64,000 nucleotides of DNA from an uncultured Bacilli bacterium (GTDB taxonomy: Bacteria > Bacillota_I > Bacilli_A > RF39 > UBA660): contig CANQKX010000004.1 of NCBI GenBank assembly GCA_947624565.1, forward strand, positions 3,273 to 67,272, read 5' to 3'. This document shows, in pieces, positions 47,895-57,726 of the stretch. The position numbers and the translations under genes are program-made. The first letter of the stretch is position 1, and the number at the start of each line of letters is the position of its first letter. The notes beneath the pieces are model-generated. The model was given only the letters and a program-made list of their open reading frames with translations, did no database searches and was not told where the DNA came from.

Positions 47895-48632
47895 CTAATC
47901 AATTATACTACTATTTCCATTAGAATAATCTATTTTTATTTTGTCTTGAACATTATATACAAAAACATTAAATTTGATTCCTTTACCATTATCTTCTATA
48001 GATTGTGCTTCTATTTGAACACCATCTACTAATAAATTTTTACCCTTAAATATAGGTGTTACTCTATAAATAACATGATTAGATGTTTTTCGTACATATT
48101 CAGCTACCTCATTTTCAAATTTTAACATACCAACAGTATTCATATATCTTGTACAAGTTATTAAATTTTTTTCATTAGCATTTTCACCTGTCAATTGATA
48201 TCCAATTAAATGACATCTATTATATAAATATTTTCCATCAATAAAATCATATTTTACTGTATGCCATCCTGTTGGTTTAACTTGACCTATTGATCCTCTT
48301 TCTTCTGTTGGCATAGTATCTTTACTTACAATTGCAGTTGCTACTCCACATCTACCTAATATATCAAAATCACTATATTCTTCATATTCTTTCTTACTTA
48401 ATTGTTCTTGAGTAAATTTAGGTTCATTATTATTTATATATACATAGGGTTTATTAGTATACTCTGGTACATCTTCAATATTATATGATCTAATATATTT
48501 TTGAGGAATTAAATTAACTATAAAATTCTCTATATCTTCTATATTAAAGGTACAAAAAGATAGTACAATAATTATAATTAATGAAATTATAGATTTTTTC
48601 ATTTTTTTATTTATTTTCATATATACTCCCAA
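47895..48632 (-). CDS. Secreted DNA/RNA non-specific endonuclease (Endonuclea_NS_2-like)
   Basis: A signal peptide sits at the N-terminus. The catalytic region NRCHLIGYQLTGENANEKNLITCTRYMN resembles streptococcal EndA-type nucleases. Confidence 0.55.
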   Translation of the reverse strand: MGVYMKINKKMKKSIISLIIIIVLSFCTFNIEDIENFIVNLIPQKYIRSYNIEDVPEYTNKPYVYINNNEPKFTQEQLSKKEYEEYSDFDILGRCGVATAIVSKDTMPTEERGSIGQVKPTGWHTVKYDFIDGKYLYNRCHLIGYQLTGENANEKNLITCTRYMNTVGMLKFENEVAEYVRKTSNHVIYRVTPIFKGKNLLVDGVQIEAQSIEDNGKGIKFNVFVYNVQDKIKIDYSNGNSSIID

Positions 48633-48666
48633 TATAATTATACTAAATAAACAAGTATTAATAAAG

Positions 48667-49542
48667 TTATTTTACATTTAAATCAACTGGATTTACATGT
48701 ATTATTGTTAAATATATTTCATCTATTTTTTTAGTAATTTCTTTTTCTAAATCATCTGCTATTTTATGACTATCAAATGTAGATAAATTACCATCTACAT
48801 ATATAGTAAATGATATTTGATACTTATACCCTACAGGTGTTGAATTAAAATGTATTACTTTTTTTATCTCACTATGTGTATTAATTATTTCAAGTACCAT
48901 GTTTTTAGTATCTTCACTAATAGATTTATCCATAAGTACATCATAACTTTCTATAAATATTTTTATTGATGTAATAAGTATCCAAATAGATATGATTGAT
49001 CCTACTATTGCATCTAAAAAATATATGTTATAAATAGTAAATAAACAGGACATTAAGTTTAATGATGTTAAAAAACAATCATTTCTATGATCTTTTGAAT
49101 TTGCTTTTATAAGTAAATTATTATATTTTTTTGATAATTTATCCGTATATATAAATAATATAAATTTAATTACAATTGTTATTATACATACAATAATTAA
49201 CCATATAGAAAATTCATATTTATTATTATTAAATAAAGATAAAATTGAATCTTTAAATACTACAATAGATGTTAAAATCATTGCGATACTTATAAGCATA
49301 GAATAAATATATTCTGCTTTACCATGTCCTAAATTATGATCATCATCTGATGGTTTACTTGCTATTTTATTACCTATAAAAGTCATTATTGAAGAAAAAA
49401 TATCACCTGCGCTATTAAATGCATCTGCAATCATAGCCTGACTATTAAAAACAAATCCTACTATACTCTTTATAAATAACAAAAATAAATTACCTATTAT
49501 TCCAATAATACTTGCTAACTTTACACTTTTAAATCTATCCAT
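48667..49542 (-). CDS. Cation diffusion facilitator family transporter
   Basis: It has 6 TM helices, the CDF signature region (NSQAMIADAFNSAGDIFSSIM) and a C-terminal cytoplasmic domain. Confidence 0.8.
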   Translation of the reverse strand: MDRFKSVKLASIIGIIGNLFLLFIKSIVGFVFNSQAMIADAFNSAGDIFSSIMTFIGNKIASKPSDDDHNLGHGKAEYIYSMLISIAMILTSIVVFKDSILSLFNNNKYEFSIWLIIVCIITIVIKFILFIYTDKLSKKYNNLLIKANSKDHRNDCFLTSLNLMSCLFTIYNIYFLDAIVGSIISIWILITSIKIFIESYDVLMDKSISEDTKNMVLEIINTHSEIKKVIHFNSTPVGYKYQISFTIYVDGNLSTFDSHKIADDLEKEITKKIDEIYLTIIHVNPVDLNVK

Positions 49543-49660
49543 ACTACCATCCTCAACTACTTAATTATATTAATTTATACAAAGTGTTAGTATAATAATA
49601 CCATTATAACATAAAAAAAGTACTTTAATACTTTTTTATTTTTTAAGAAATATATATAAA

Positions 49661-50728
49661 TTAATTTTTATTATTTATCAAGTGATTAAAATTAAACTTT
49701 ATAAAATCTTCTACTAATTTTTTTGTTTCTTCATCAATACTTTTTAAATTTTTAATAACTTTTATTGCATTTCTTAAATCTAATATATCATTTATTTCAT
49801 AGATATTAGAATCTTCTAATGCTTTAAATACAGTCATAATCATTTTTTCTCTTTTGATATCATCATGTTTATCAAGCCACATAATTACACTTTCTTCTAA
49901 GTTCTTACTAATATTACTTAAAGTTGTTTCTTTTAATTTATTATCTTGTATTTCCCATGTAGATAAACTATGGGCAAGTATATCCTTTCTATATGATTTT
50001 ATAACTTTATATTTATCATTTCTAAGTAATATACCTACAAAACTATAATCTGGTACTATATGTATATATCTATCTTTTATTTTTTTGTAATTAGATGATT
50101 CAATTTGACTTTTTCTAAGTCCTGGACCATCATTACTATATATTAATTTTATTTTTCTTTTTATTAAATTCTTACAATACATACTTGATACTAAAGCTAA
50201 ATTACCACCTTTAGAATGTCCACCTACTATAATATTTTTATCAAATATTTTTATATTTTTATTTAAATATTTAATGGCATATTCTTGTGATGGAATAGGA
50301 AACTTATATGACATTTGAAAATCTTCTTTCCATCCACTTAATAAATTATCCGTACCTTCAAATGCAACATAAATAAAATGTTTTTTTACTTTTATACACA
50401 TCGCACCAAATTGTTTATTAACATCACCAATATAAAGAAAATTATATAAAAGAACATCTTTATATCTAATAGTATTTACAATTGATTTTAATATATTATA
50501 ACTAACTTGCTGAGCAATTCCATACCAACTTACTTCAAAGTAATTATTATTTTTTAAAAATATATTACCTGCTTCTTGTAGTGTAATATATTTTTTATTA
50601 CTTGGTACAATATCAATAAAATTTAAATATATTAATGATGAAAAAACTAAATTATCTACTTCATTAAATGGTTCTTCATCAAAAGTTTTATTTTTATTTT
50701 TTCTTATATAAGTATATATACTTGACAT
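49661..50728 (-). CDS. DUF2974/Mbeg1-like alpha/beta-hydrolase (lipase-like)
   Basis: The nucleophile elbow is GGHSKGGNLALVSS. Confidence 0.55.
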   Translation of the reverse strand: MSSIYTYIRKNKNKTFDEEPFNEVDNLVFSSLIYLNFIDIVPSNKKYITLQEAGNIFLKNNNYFEVSWYGIAQQVSYNILKSIVNTIRYKDVLLYNFLYIGDVNKQFGAMCIKVKKHFIYVAFEGTDNLLSGWKEDFQMSYKFPIPSQEYAIKYLNKNIKIFDKNIIVGGHSKGGNLALVSSMYCKNLIKRKIKLIYSNDGPGLRKSQIESSNYKKIKDRYIHIVPDYSFVGILLRNDKYKVIKSYRKDILAHSLSTWEIQDNKLKETTLSNISKNLEESVIMWLDKHDDIKREKMIMTVFKALEDSNIYEINDILDLRNAIKVIKNLKSIDEETKKLVEDFIKFNFNHLINNKN

Positions 50729-50780
50729 AATACCACCTTTTAATAATTATAATTTTTTTTAAACTAACTTTCAAGAATAT

Positions 50781-51584
50781 TTATTCTTTAAAAAAATCTC
50801 TTTTTCTAAATGATGATGTAATAAATCTAAAAGCTGCTCGTGAATTAGTAAGCCATGTAAACTTAACATTATTTTTTTTATTATTTATAATTTTATCTAC
50901 CATATATTTAGCAATTGTTTCTGGATAATCACCAAGTATATTATAAACCTTTTTAGTTTTATCATCTAGTATTATTTTTTCCTTATCTCCTAATGAAGTA
51001 TTAATAAAATTTGTTATCATGATCCCTGGTGTAATTTTACCAATTAATACATTAGTATTTAACTTTTCTGATTCATATGCTAAACTTTCTGTAAAATAAG
51101 TAATTGCTCTTTTAGCAGTTCCATATATAGAAAGACCTAATATTTTTGCATCATTACTACCATGACCTTCTACGTTATATATTTGCCCATGACCTTGATT
51201 AATCATAACAGGCATGATTAATTTACTACATAATATACTACCCTTTAAATCAATATCAATTAAAGTATCAATTACATTTTTTTCTAATTCCCATATAGGT
51301 TTATTTGGTTGATTTACTCCTGCATTATTTATCCATATATCAATAGTTTTAAATTCTTTTATAGTATTATCTATTAAATTTCTTATTGTATCTTCTTTAG
51401 TTATATCTACTTCAAAAGACAATATTTTACCCTTTGAAGTTATACTTTGTAATTTATTTTTTGCAATATCTAAATTTTCCTTTGATACATCACATAAAAC
51501 AACATTATAATTTTTTTCTCTAAATAATTTAAGTAACTCAAAACCAAATCCTCTTGCACTACCCGTTATTACAACTGTATTCAT
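50781..51584 (-). CDS. Short-chain dehydrogenase/reductase family oxidoreductase
   Basis: The Rossmann motif is VVITGSARGFGFEL. The catalytic motif is YGTAKRA (YxxxK). Confidence 0.75.
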   Translation of the reverse strand: MNTVVITGSARGFGFELLKLFREKNYNVVLCDVSKENLDIAKNKLQSITSKGKILSFEVDITKEDTIRNLIDNTIKEFKTIDIWINNAGVNQPNKPIWELEKNVIDTLIDIDLKGSILCSKLIMPVMINQGHGQIYNVEGHGSNDAKILGLSIYGTAKRAITYFTESLAYESEKLNTNVLIGKITPGIMITNFINTSLGDKEKIILDDKTKKVYNILGDYPETIAKYMVDKIINNKKNNVKFTWLTNSRAAFRFITSSFRKRDFFKE

Positions 51585-52242
51585 TATTTTTCACATCCTT
51601 TATATTTTTTAAATAATCTATTATATATAAAACACATAAATCTAATACTTTATCTAATTGTTCTTTATTCATAAAAATATAATTATCTATTTTTATTCTA
51701 CTTGGATCATCAACATCCATATTAGCATTTATAATATATTGCTGTAAAAATTCTTTATCATATTTTACATCACCTAAATCAGGAATATCATTAATTACAT
51801 TTATATTTTTAAACTTACTTATATATCCATTATTAATTAAATATTCATCATATTTCCAAAAATCATTTTTTTTATATTTCCATATTAATCTATGCTCTGG
51901 ATATATTATCTCATTATCTTTTTTTATACCAATTGCATAATTATTATCAAATATTATATAATTATCAAATACATATTTATTATAAAATCTATCAGTTAAT
52001 ATATGAATTAAATATCCAATCATTATTTCATTATCTAATTTATCTTTATATTTTAATAAAAATTTATCTGGATTTGCTAAATTATCATAACCATGTCCAT
52101 CCGCTTGAAAATGACTTAATTTATGATTCCTATCAATTGTCAAATCAGGTAATACACTGCCGAGCATTAAATTATCTAAATTCATATTTAATGTTTCATT
52201 TACCCTTTTTGCAATATACATATGTATTTTATGACTAGGCAT
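51559..52242 (-). CDS. Hypothetical protein with His-rich motifs (possible metal-dependent hydrolase)
   Basis: The motifs are HKIHMYIA...GSVLPDLTID...HFQADGHGYD...HILTD. Its stop overlaps the SDR start by 26 nt, implying an operon. Confidence 0.3.
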   Translation of the reverse strand: MPSHKIHMYIAKRVNETLNMNLDNLMLGSVLPDLTIDRNHKLSHFQADGHGYDNLANPDKFLLKYKDKLDNEIMIGYLIHILTDRFYNKYVFDNYIIFDNNYAIGIKKDNEIIYPEHRLIWKYKKNDFWKYDEYLINNGYISKFKNINVINDIPDLGDVKYDKEFLQQYIINANMDVDDPSRIKIDNYIFMNKEQLDKVLDLCVLYIIDYLKNIKDVKNNEYSCNNG

Positions 52243-52301
52243 ATTATCACTACTTTCTAAATAAATTATATCATAAAAAAAATAAACTTTTTAGTTTATT
52301 T

Positions 52302-52502
52302 TTAATCTATTGAAATTAATTCATATTCTCTTGTTCCAATACCTAATTTTTCTGCTTCTTCTACTGTACGAATTGCATGTTTTTCATTCATTCTATTTAC
52401 TAGTGGTGCCTTACCTTCATCCGTAGAATTAATAATTTGGTCATAACAACATTGATCAATAGCAACTGGATCAACTGATGCAAATATTCCAATATCTTTC
52501 AT
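52302..52502 (-). pseudogene. Truncated 3' fragment (C-terminal ~66-89 codons) of a DUF362 gene, duplicated from 54481..55365
   Basis: The 66-aa ORF is ~90% identical to the C-terminus of the 54481..55365 protein. Nucleotide identity extends over ~52301..52571 versus ~54487..54751. There is no upstream start or N-terminal domain. Confidence 0.6.
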
Positions 52503-52662
52503 TTCTGGATCATGAGGATTTGAATCACAATCACAATCAATAGAAATATTATTTGCAATATTTATATATACGATATTTTACTTTTTTGCTAAAAAAAGTA
52601 AATCTTTTTCCAAATTTACCATTTTTAACTAATTTATTACTGAAAATTTGATCAAATATGCA

Positions 52663-54279
52663 TTAATCAATTATTTGTGAACTATAAAAATAATAATTAC
52701 CCTTATGTTTTTTAAATGTATATTTAACCATAGATAATTTATCATAATATTCTGTTATATCAATATCATCTTTACTATAAGTAGCATGTAATTCTTTTAT
52801 TGGTCTTGTTTCTTGAATGTCTTTATATATTCCAGATGGTTCAAAATTTGTATCACTACCATCACTATAAATTAATCGCGCTACATCTATAAAAGCAAAT
52901 TTTTCATAAATTATAATTTTATCACCATTTATAACATAATCATAATATTTATTTTCTATCCAATTTTCAAGAAGCCCACCACACCCGCCTTCTACAGCTA
53001 TGTATTTTTTTTCTTTTTTATCATATTTATACATATCACATTGAGTAGGCATAAAGTCTTTTTTACTATATTTTATACTATCTCCAAATACCTTTTTCAT
53101 AGCTTTATCTAAACTATTGATATCAATTATTTTAATATTTTCTATGTAACTGCCGTCATCTGATTTTTTTACATCATCAATTATTTCATTTTCTGGTATT
53201 TGATTGAAAGCTAATAACAATTTTTGATTATCACTAATATCATTAATAGTAACCTTTTGATTTTCATAAAAGTACCTTTCTTTTAATAAATCATCGTGAA
53301 CTGCTACCATTTTATATAAATCTTTTATAGTTTCATCACTTTCTTGATAGAAAAAAGTATCAGAATTTAAAGAATAGAGATAATTACCATTATTATATAA
53401 ATCTAATGCTGTTGTTTTTTGAAGTATACTTTTACTTCCATTTTCATCAAGTATTTCATTTAACGTTATTAATACTTTTTGTTTTTCAAGTTTGTAAATT
53501 CCATAAAAAGTTTCATCACTTTCAAAGTTATGTAATGTAATACTCCCATCTTTATAAAATTTCATTTCCGATTCTATACCTTCAAATATTTTATCTTTAT
53601 TTACTTTTAAATAACGACCTGTTGTCTTAATATTATTGTTGACATTTGGTATAAAATATGCAAATATACTAAAATAACTATCATCATCTTCATAAATAAT
53701 CACATCAATAATTTTATCTTTATAGAATACAAATTTCATTTTTTTAGATTGATCTTTTACTCTGTTATTCAAGTCATAATTAACATTTACTAAAGCACTA
53801 TATAAATTATTTTTTATCTTAATCACATCAAATGTATTTTGAACAAGTTCTATCTTTTCAATTTTATTATTTGTAGCAAGACTTTGAATATAAAATTTTA
53901 TTCTATATTCCATTTCTAATTCTGCTTTAGTTTTTTGGTCTTTATCATTATTATGCCAAGTTCCATCTGGCGTTTTATAATTTTCATATATTTTTTCATA
54001 CTCTTTTTCAAAATTGTTAAAATCATTTTCAATTTTTTTTAATGTATATATTCCTTTACTATCTATATTTTTAAAAATTTCATTAGAATTTTGTGAGGCT
54101 GCAAATAAACTAATAAAATTTGTAATTATATTTTTATACGATTCTTTTTTATCTTTCTCTACTTCAAAATTTTCCATTACATTATTAGTATTATTCTTAA
54201 TTTCACTTTTACTTTTAGTACAACCCGATAATATAATTAATAAACAAAGTACACTTATTAATATTACTTTTTTAAACAT
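52663..54279 (-). CDS. Lipoprotein (hypothetical, 538 aa)
   Basis: The signal peptide has the lipobox LSGC (MFKKVILISVLCLLIILSGCTKS). An A/T hairpin terminator follows at ~52585..52612. Confidence 0.6.
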   Translation of the reverse strand: MFKKVILISVLCLLIILSGCTKSKSEIKNNTNNVMENFEVEKDKKESYKNIITNFISLFAASQNSNEIFKNIDSKGIYTLKKIENDFNNFEKEYEKIYENYKTPDGTWHNNDKDQKTKAELEMEYRIKFYIQSLATNNKIEKIELVQNTFDVIKIKNNLYSALVNVNYDLNNRVKDQSKKMKFVFYKDKIIDVIIYEDDDSYFSIFAYFIPNVNNNIKTTGRYLKVNKDKIFEGIESEMKFYKDGSITLHNFESDETFYGIYKLEKQKVLITLNEILDENGSKSILQKTTALDLYNNGNYLYSLNSDTFFYQESDETIKDLYKMVAVHDDLLKERYFYENQKVTINDISDNQKLLLAFNQIPENEIIDDVKKSDDGSYIENIKIIDINSLDKAMKKVFGDSIKYSKKDFMPTQCDMYKYDKKEKKYIAVEGGCGGLLENWIENKYYDYVINGDKIIIYEKFAFIDVARLIYSDGSDTNFEPSGIYKDIQETRPIKELHATYSKDDIDITEYYDKLSMVKYTFKKHKGNYYFYSSQIID

Positions 54280-54439
54280 CTTACCACCTCAATACCTTTT
54301 CTTCATTTATTATAACATTTTTACAAAAATAAAAATAGTAAATTTTTACTATTTTTAAAGATTAAAACCCCTTTTGTGAGTTTTTACAGTAGTAAGGAGT
54401 GTTCAGCGATTTCTTCTTCATAAACTCTCATATTTTATT

Positions 54440-54468
54440 GCAAAAAAAGACTGAATAATCAGTCTTAA
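54440..54468 (-). terminator. Rho-independent terminator after the DUF362 gene
   Basis: The hairpin aagactg-aataat-cagtctt is flanked by A7/T-runs. Confidence 0.55.
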
Positions 54469-54480
54469 AAATAAATTTTA

Positions 54481-55365
54481 TTATATTTCAATTAATTCAT
54501 AGTCAGTAGAACCTAAACCTAATTTTTCTGCTTCTTCTACTGTATGAATTGCATGTTTTTCATTCATTCTATTTACTAGTGATGCCTTACCTTCATCCGT
54601 AGAATTAATAATTTGGTCATAACAACATTGATCAATAGCAACTGGATCAACCGATGCAAATATTCCAATATCTTTCATTTCTGGATCATGAGGATTTGAA
54701 TCACAATCACAATCAATAGAAATATTATTTGCAATATTTATATATACCATATTTTCCTTCTTAAAATAATCTACAACTGATTTATCTGCTTCTGCCATAC
54801 TTTCTAAGAAACCATCTTGATCATCTGTATAGGACCACATTTCATCTGGATCAGTAGTAATACCAACAGAATGAATCCATGCCTTACCATTTCTTGATGC
54901 AACTCCAATACTCATATTTTTAAGTGCTCCTCCAAATCCACCCATCGCATGACCTTTAAAATGAGACAACATAAGCATTGAATCATAATTTTTTATATGT
55001 GATCCTACATAATTTATACCATTTAAATGTTTACCACCATTAATAGGTATTGTAATTTCACCTTCACAGTCCATAATATCACATGGTGCGATTTTGGTAA
55101 ATCCATGTTCTTCAATTGCTTTTAAATGATCTTCTACATCAAATCTTCTACCTCTATATGCAGTACAACACTCTACAATTGTACCATTTAGTTTATTTAC
55201 AAGACCTTTTATTAAATCAGGATTCAAAAAATTATGACCTCCTGGTTCACCTGTTGATATTTTTACAGCAACTTTACCTTTTAAATCTACATTTAATACT
55301 TCATAAATTTTAATTAAACTCTCACTTGTTATTTCTTTTGTAAAATATACTTTTGATTTTTCCAT
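54481..55365 (-). CDS. DUF362-domain protein
   Basis: The N-terminus is KVYFTKEITSESL. The conserved block is LSHFKGHAMGGFGGALKNMSIG. The protein is 294 aa. Confidence 0.65.
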   Translation of the reverse strand: MEKSKVYFTKEITSESLIKIYEVLNVDLKGKVAVKISTGEPGGHNFLNPDLIKGLVNKLNGTIVECCTAYRGRRFDVEDHLKAIEEHGFTKIAPCDIMDCEGEITIPINGGKHLNGINYVGSHIKNYDSMLMLSHFKGHAMGGFGGALKNMSIGVASRNGKAWIHSVGITTDPDEMWSYTDDQDGFLESMAEADKSVVDYFKKENMVYINIANNISIDCDCDSNPHDPEMKDIGIFASVDPVAIDQCCYDQIINSTDEGKASLVNRMNEKHAIHTVEEAEKLGLGSTDYELIEI

Positions 55366-55460
55366 ACAAATTTCTCCTTTATATACAATTAAATTATACT
55401 ATATTTTTTTACTTTTTGAATAAATTTACATAAAAAACTACCAATATGGTAGTTTTAGAT

Positions 55461-57602
55461 TTATTCAATACCTTCTGGTCTTTCTACTTTAGTATTATTT
55501 ACATCACTAATAACTAAATCTAAATTATATTCTTCACTATTTATATGTATTTCTTTTATATACCCATCTTTACCTATAGTTACAGTAAATGTAATGTTTG
55601 AACTAAATACATCATTAGATTCATCATATGAATAACTATAAGCCTGATTTGCATATTGTTTAAGAACTTCAATAGTATATGTTACACCATCTGATTGTTC
55701 TTCTACACTTGCTACATCAAATATTAAACGTAAGAAATATAATTCTCTTGGAATAAAACAATTATGTTTTTTTACATTTTTAACCCAAATATCTGAATCC
55801 TTTGCTTTAGTCCAACTATCTTGATGAAATTCTGGTGTTACATAATTATGATCTACATATTTATTATCTTCACCATCATAGTATGTAATAGTTCCATCTT
55901 CTTTTTCTCTTATAGCAGAGTTACTTTGTAAATCATACTTAACTTTATCACCATTTAATTCATAAGTTGCACTATTTGCTTTATATGTTTTTTCATATGC
56001 TTCATAAATACTACTTTTTATATTTTCCTTTTTATTTGGAGTTAATTCATTTCTTACATCAGGATAATCAATTGGACTATCATTTAAATCCTTAGGTCTA
56101 TCAATTGTAGTTGAGTTAAAATCACCCATATGAACAGTTATAACTACTGGTCCAAGAGCTGGATTATTTAATACATCTTTTCCCCAGTTACAATCAATAC
56201 TTCTAATATAACCATCAAAATCAATCATAACAGTTATTGTTACATCTTTATTAAACATATTAGGAGTATTAAGTAAATTTTCTCCTGCTTTATTAGCATA
56301 AGTTTGATCAAGAGTTACAGTATAAACACCATATGGACAATGTATATCTAATTTTTCAACTGATTTTATTTTAGCTAAAAATCCTAATTCACTAATACCA
56401 AATACTGAATGTAAAGGAGTTCTTCTTTCCCATAAATTTGTTTCTTTATTTCTTGACCACCAAGTTTGATAAAAATATCTGACAGGATTAAATTCTGTTG
56501 TATATCTTCCTGGGAAACCTTCTAAATACTCTTCAATATCTTCATTTATATACCAATTTCTGTTTTGACTTTTGTTATATCTTATTTTTGAATTTTCTGG
56601 ATATAATCCAGTTCTACGTCTTGTAAAATAAACACTATCAGCATTTAAAGTTTTTTTAACAGCATTTTGAACTATTTCAATATATTCACTACTTTTATCA
56701 GTGTTTTCCTCAACATTTGGTGTTTGTGGAGCAACTGGTGATTGTTCAGGTTCTTGAGGTTCTGTTGGTGTTTGTGGTTGTTCTTCTGGCTTTGTTTCAC
56801 TTTCCTCAGGTTCATTTTGATCTTTTTCAGTTGATGTAGATTGATCTTGTTCTGAAACACTTGGTTCTGTAACACTTGGTGTTTGTTGCTCTTCTGGTTT
56901 TGTTTCACTCTCTTCAGATTCATTTTGATCTGATTCAGTTGATGGTGATTGATTTTGCTCTGTAACACTTGGTTCTGTAACACTTGGTGTTTGTTGTTCT
57001 TCTTTTGATTTTTCAATTTCTTCAGGTTCTTGTTGTTCTTCTTTTTGTGTTGATTGATTTTGCTGTGTAACACTAGGTGTTTGTTGCTCTATTGGTGTTT
57101 TTTCACTTTCTACTTGTTTATTTTGTTCTTCTTTAGATGGTGATTGATTTTGCTCTGTAACACTTGGTGTTTGTGAAGATTCAAAATTTTCATTATCTTG
57201 ACTTACTTGATTATTAGATTCTACAGTACTTTGTGTTTCCCCACTTTTTTCATCTTCATCATTGCTAGTACTTTCTGAAGTAGTTACATTAGAATTTTGA
57301 TATAAATATGCAACTTTACTTGAATCTACTATCACACCAGATGGTTTTTTACTTTCTAAAGATGATGTTTCTTCTGTATTAGATTTTTCATCTTCATTAG
57401 GTAAATCTTCGACTTTTTCTTGATTATCTATTTTATCTTGTATTTGACTTACATTCTTCTTTGCAACACTATTACTTTGATTTTCATCATTCTTAGATAC
57501 ACTTGGTATAATAACTGCTGTTGTAACGGCTGCAGATGCACATACAGTAGCAATTACTACTACTGATTTTTTGTAAAATAGACTCATTAAGAATTTTTTC
57601 AT
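55461..57602 (-). CDS. Secreted or membrane-anchored protein with a long low-complexity Ser/Thr/Glu/Gln/Pro-rich repeat region and a C-terminal globular domain
   Basis: A GGAGG SD sits 7 nt before the internal ATG (MKKFLMSLF..., signal anchor). Repeats of the type EQQTPSVTEPSVTEQNQSPSTE...ESETKPEEQ are present. Confidence 0.5.
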   Translation of the reverse strand: MKKFLMSLFYKKSVVVIATVCASAAVTTAVIIPSVSKNDENQSNSVAKKNVSQIQDKIDNQEKVEDLPNEDEKSNTEETSSLESKKPSGVIVDSSKVAYLYQNSNVTTSESTSNDEDEKSGETQSTVESNNQVSQDNENFESSQTPSVTEQNQSPSKEEQNKQVESEKTPIEQQTPSVTQQNQSTQKEEQQEPEEIEKSKEEQQTPSVTEPSVTEQNQSPSTESDQNESEESETKPEEQQTPSVTEPSVSEQDQSTSTEKDQNEPEESETKPEEQPQTPTEPQEPEQSPVAPQTPNVEENTDKSSEYIEIVQNAVKKTLNADSVYFTRRRTGLYPENSKIRYNKSQNRNWYINEDIEEYLEGFPGRYTTEFNPVRYFYQTWWSRNKETNLWERRTPLHSVFGISELGFLAKIKSVEKLDIHCPYGVYTVTLDQTYANKAGENLLNTPNMFNKDVTITVMIDFDGYIRSIDCNWGKDVLNNPALGPVVITVHMGDFNSTTIDRPKDLNDSPIDYPDVRNELTPNKKENIKSSIYEAYEKTYKANSATYELNGDKVKYDLQSNSAIREKEDGTITYYDGEDNKYVDHNYVTPEFHQDSWTKAKDSDIWVKNVKKHNCFIPRELYFLRLIFDVASVEEQSDGVTYTIEVLKQYANQAYSYSYDESNDVFSSNITFTVTIGKDGYIKEIHINSEEYNLDLVISDVNNTKVERPEGIE

Positions 57603-57726
57603 ATTTTTTCCTCCTTTGTTATTTGTATTATAACATTTTAAAACAAAATAAGTCAATATTTATATATAAAATGCTATATCATCATTTATATAATATTCAA
57701 AATAATTTAAATGATAATAATTTATA

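Noticed and set aside
52302-52502. 66-aa ORF as a genuine small gene
   Set aside because: It is ~90% identical to the C-terminus of the full-length DUF362 protein. Nucleotide similarity continues upstream of its ATG without a start codon. It is interpreted as a truncated duplicate (pseudogene).
56672-57073. 133-aa Lys/Gln/Asn-rich ORF overlapping the surface-protein gene in another frame
   Set aside because: It is an artefact of the repetitive low-complexity DNA. The alternative frame encodes the coherent signal-peptide-containing protein.
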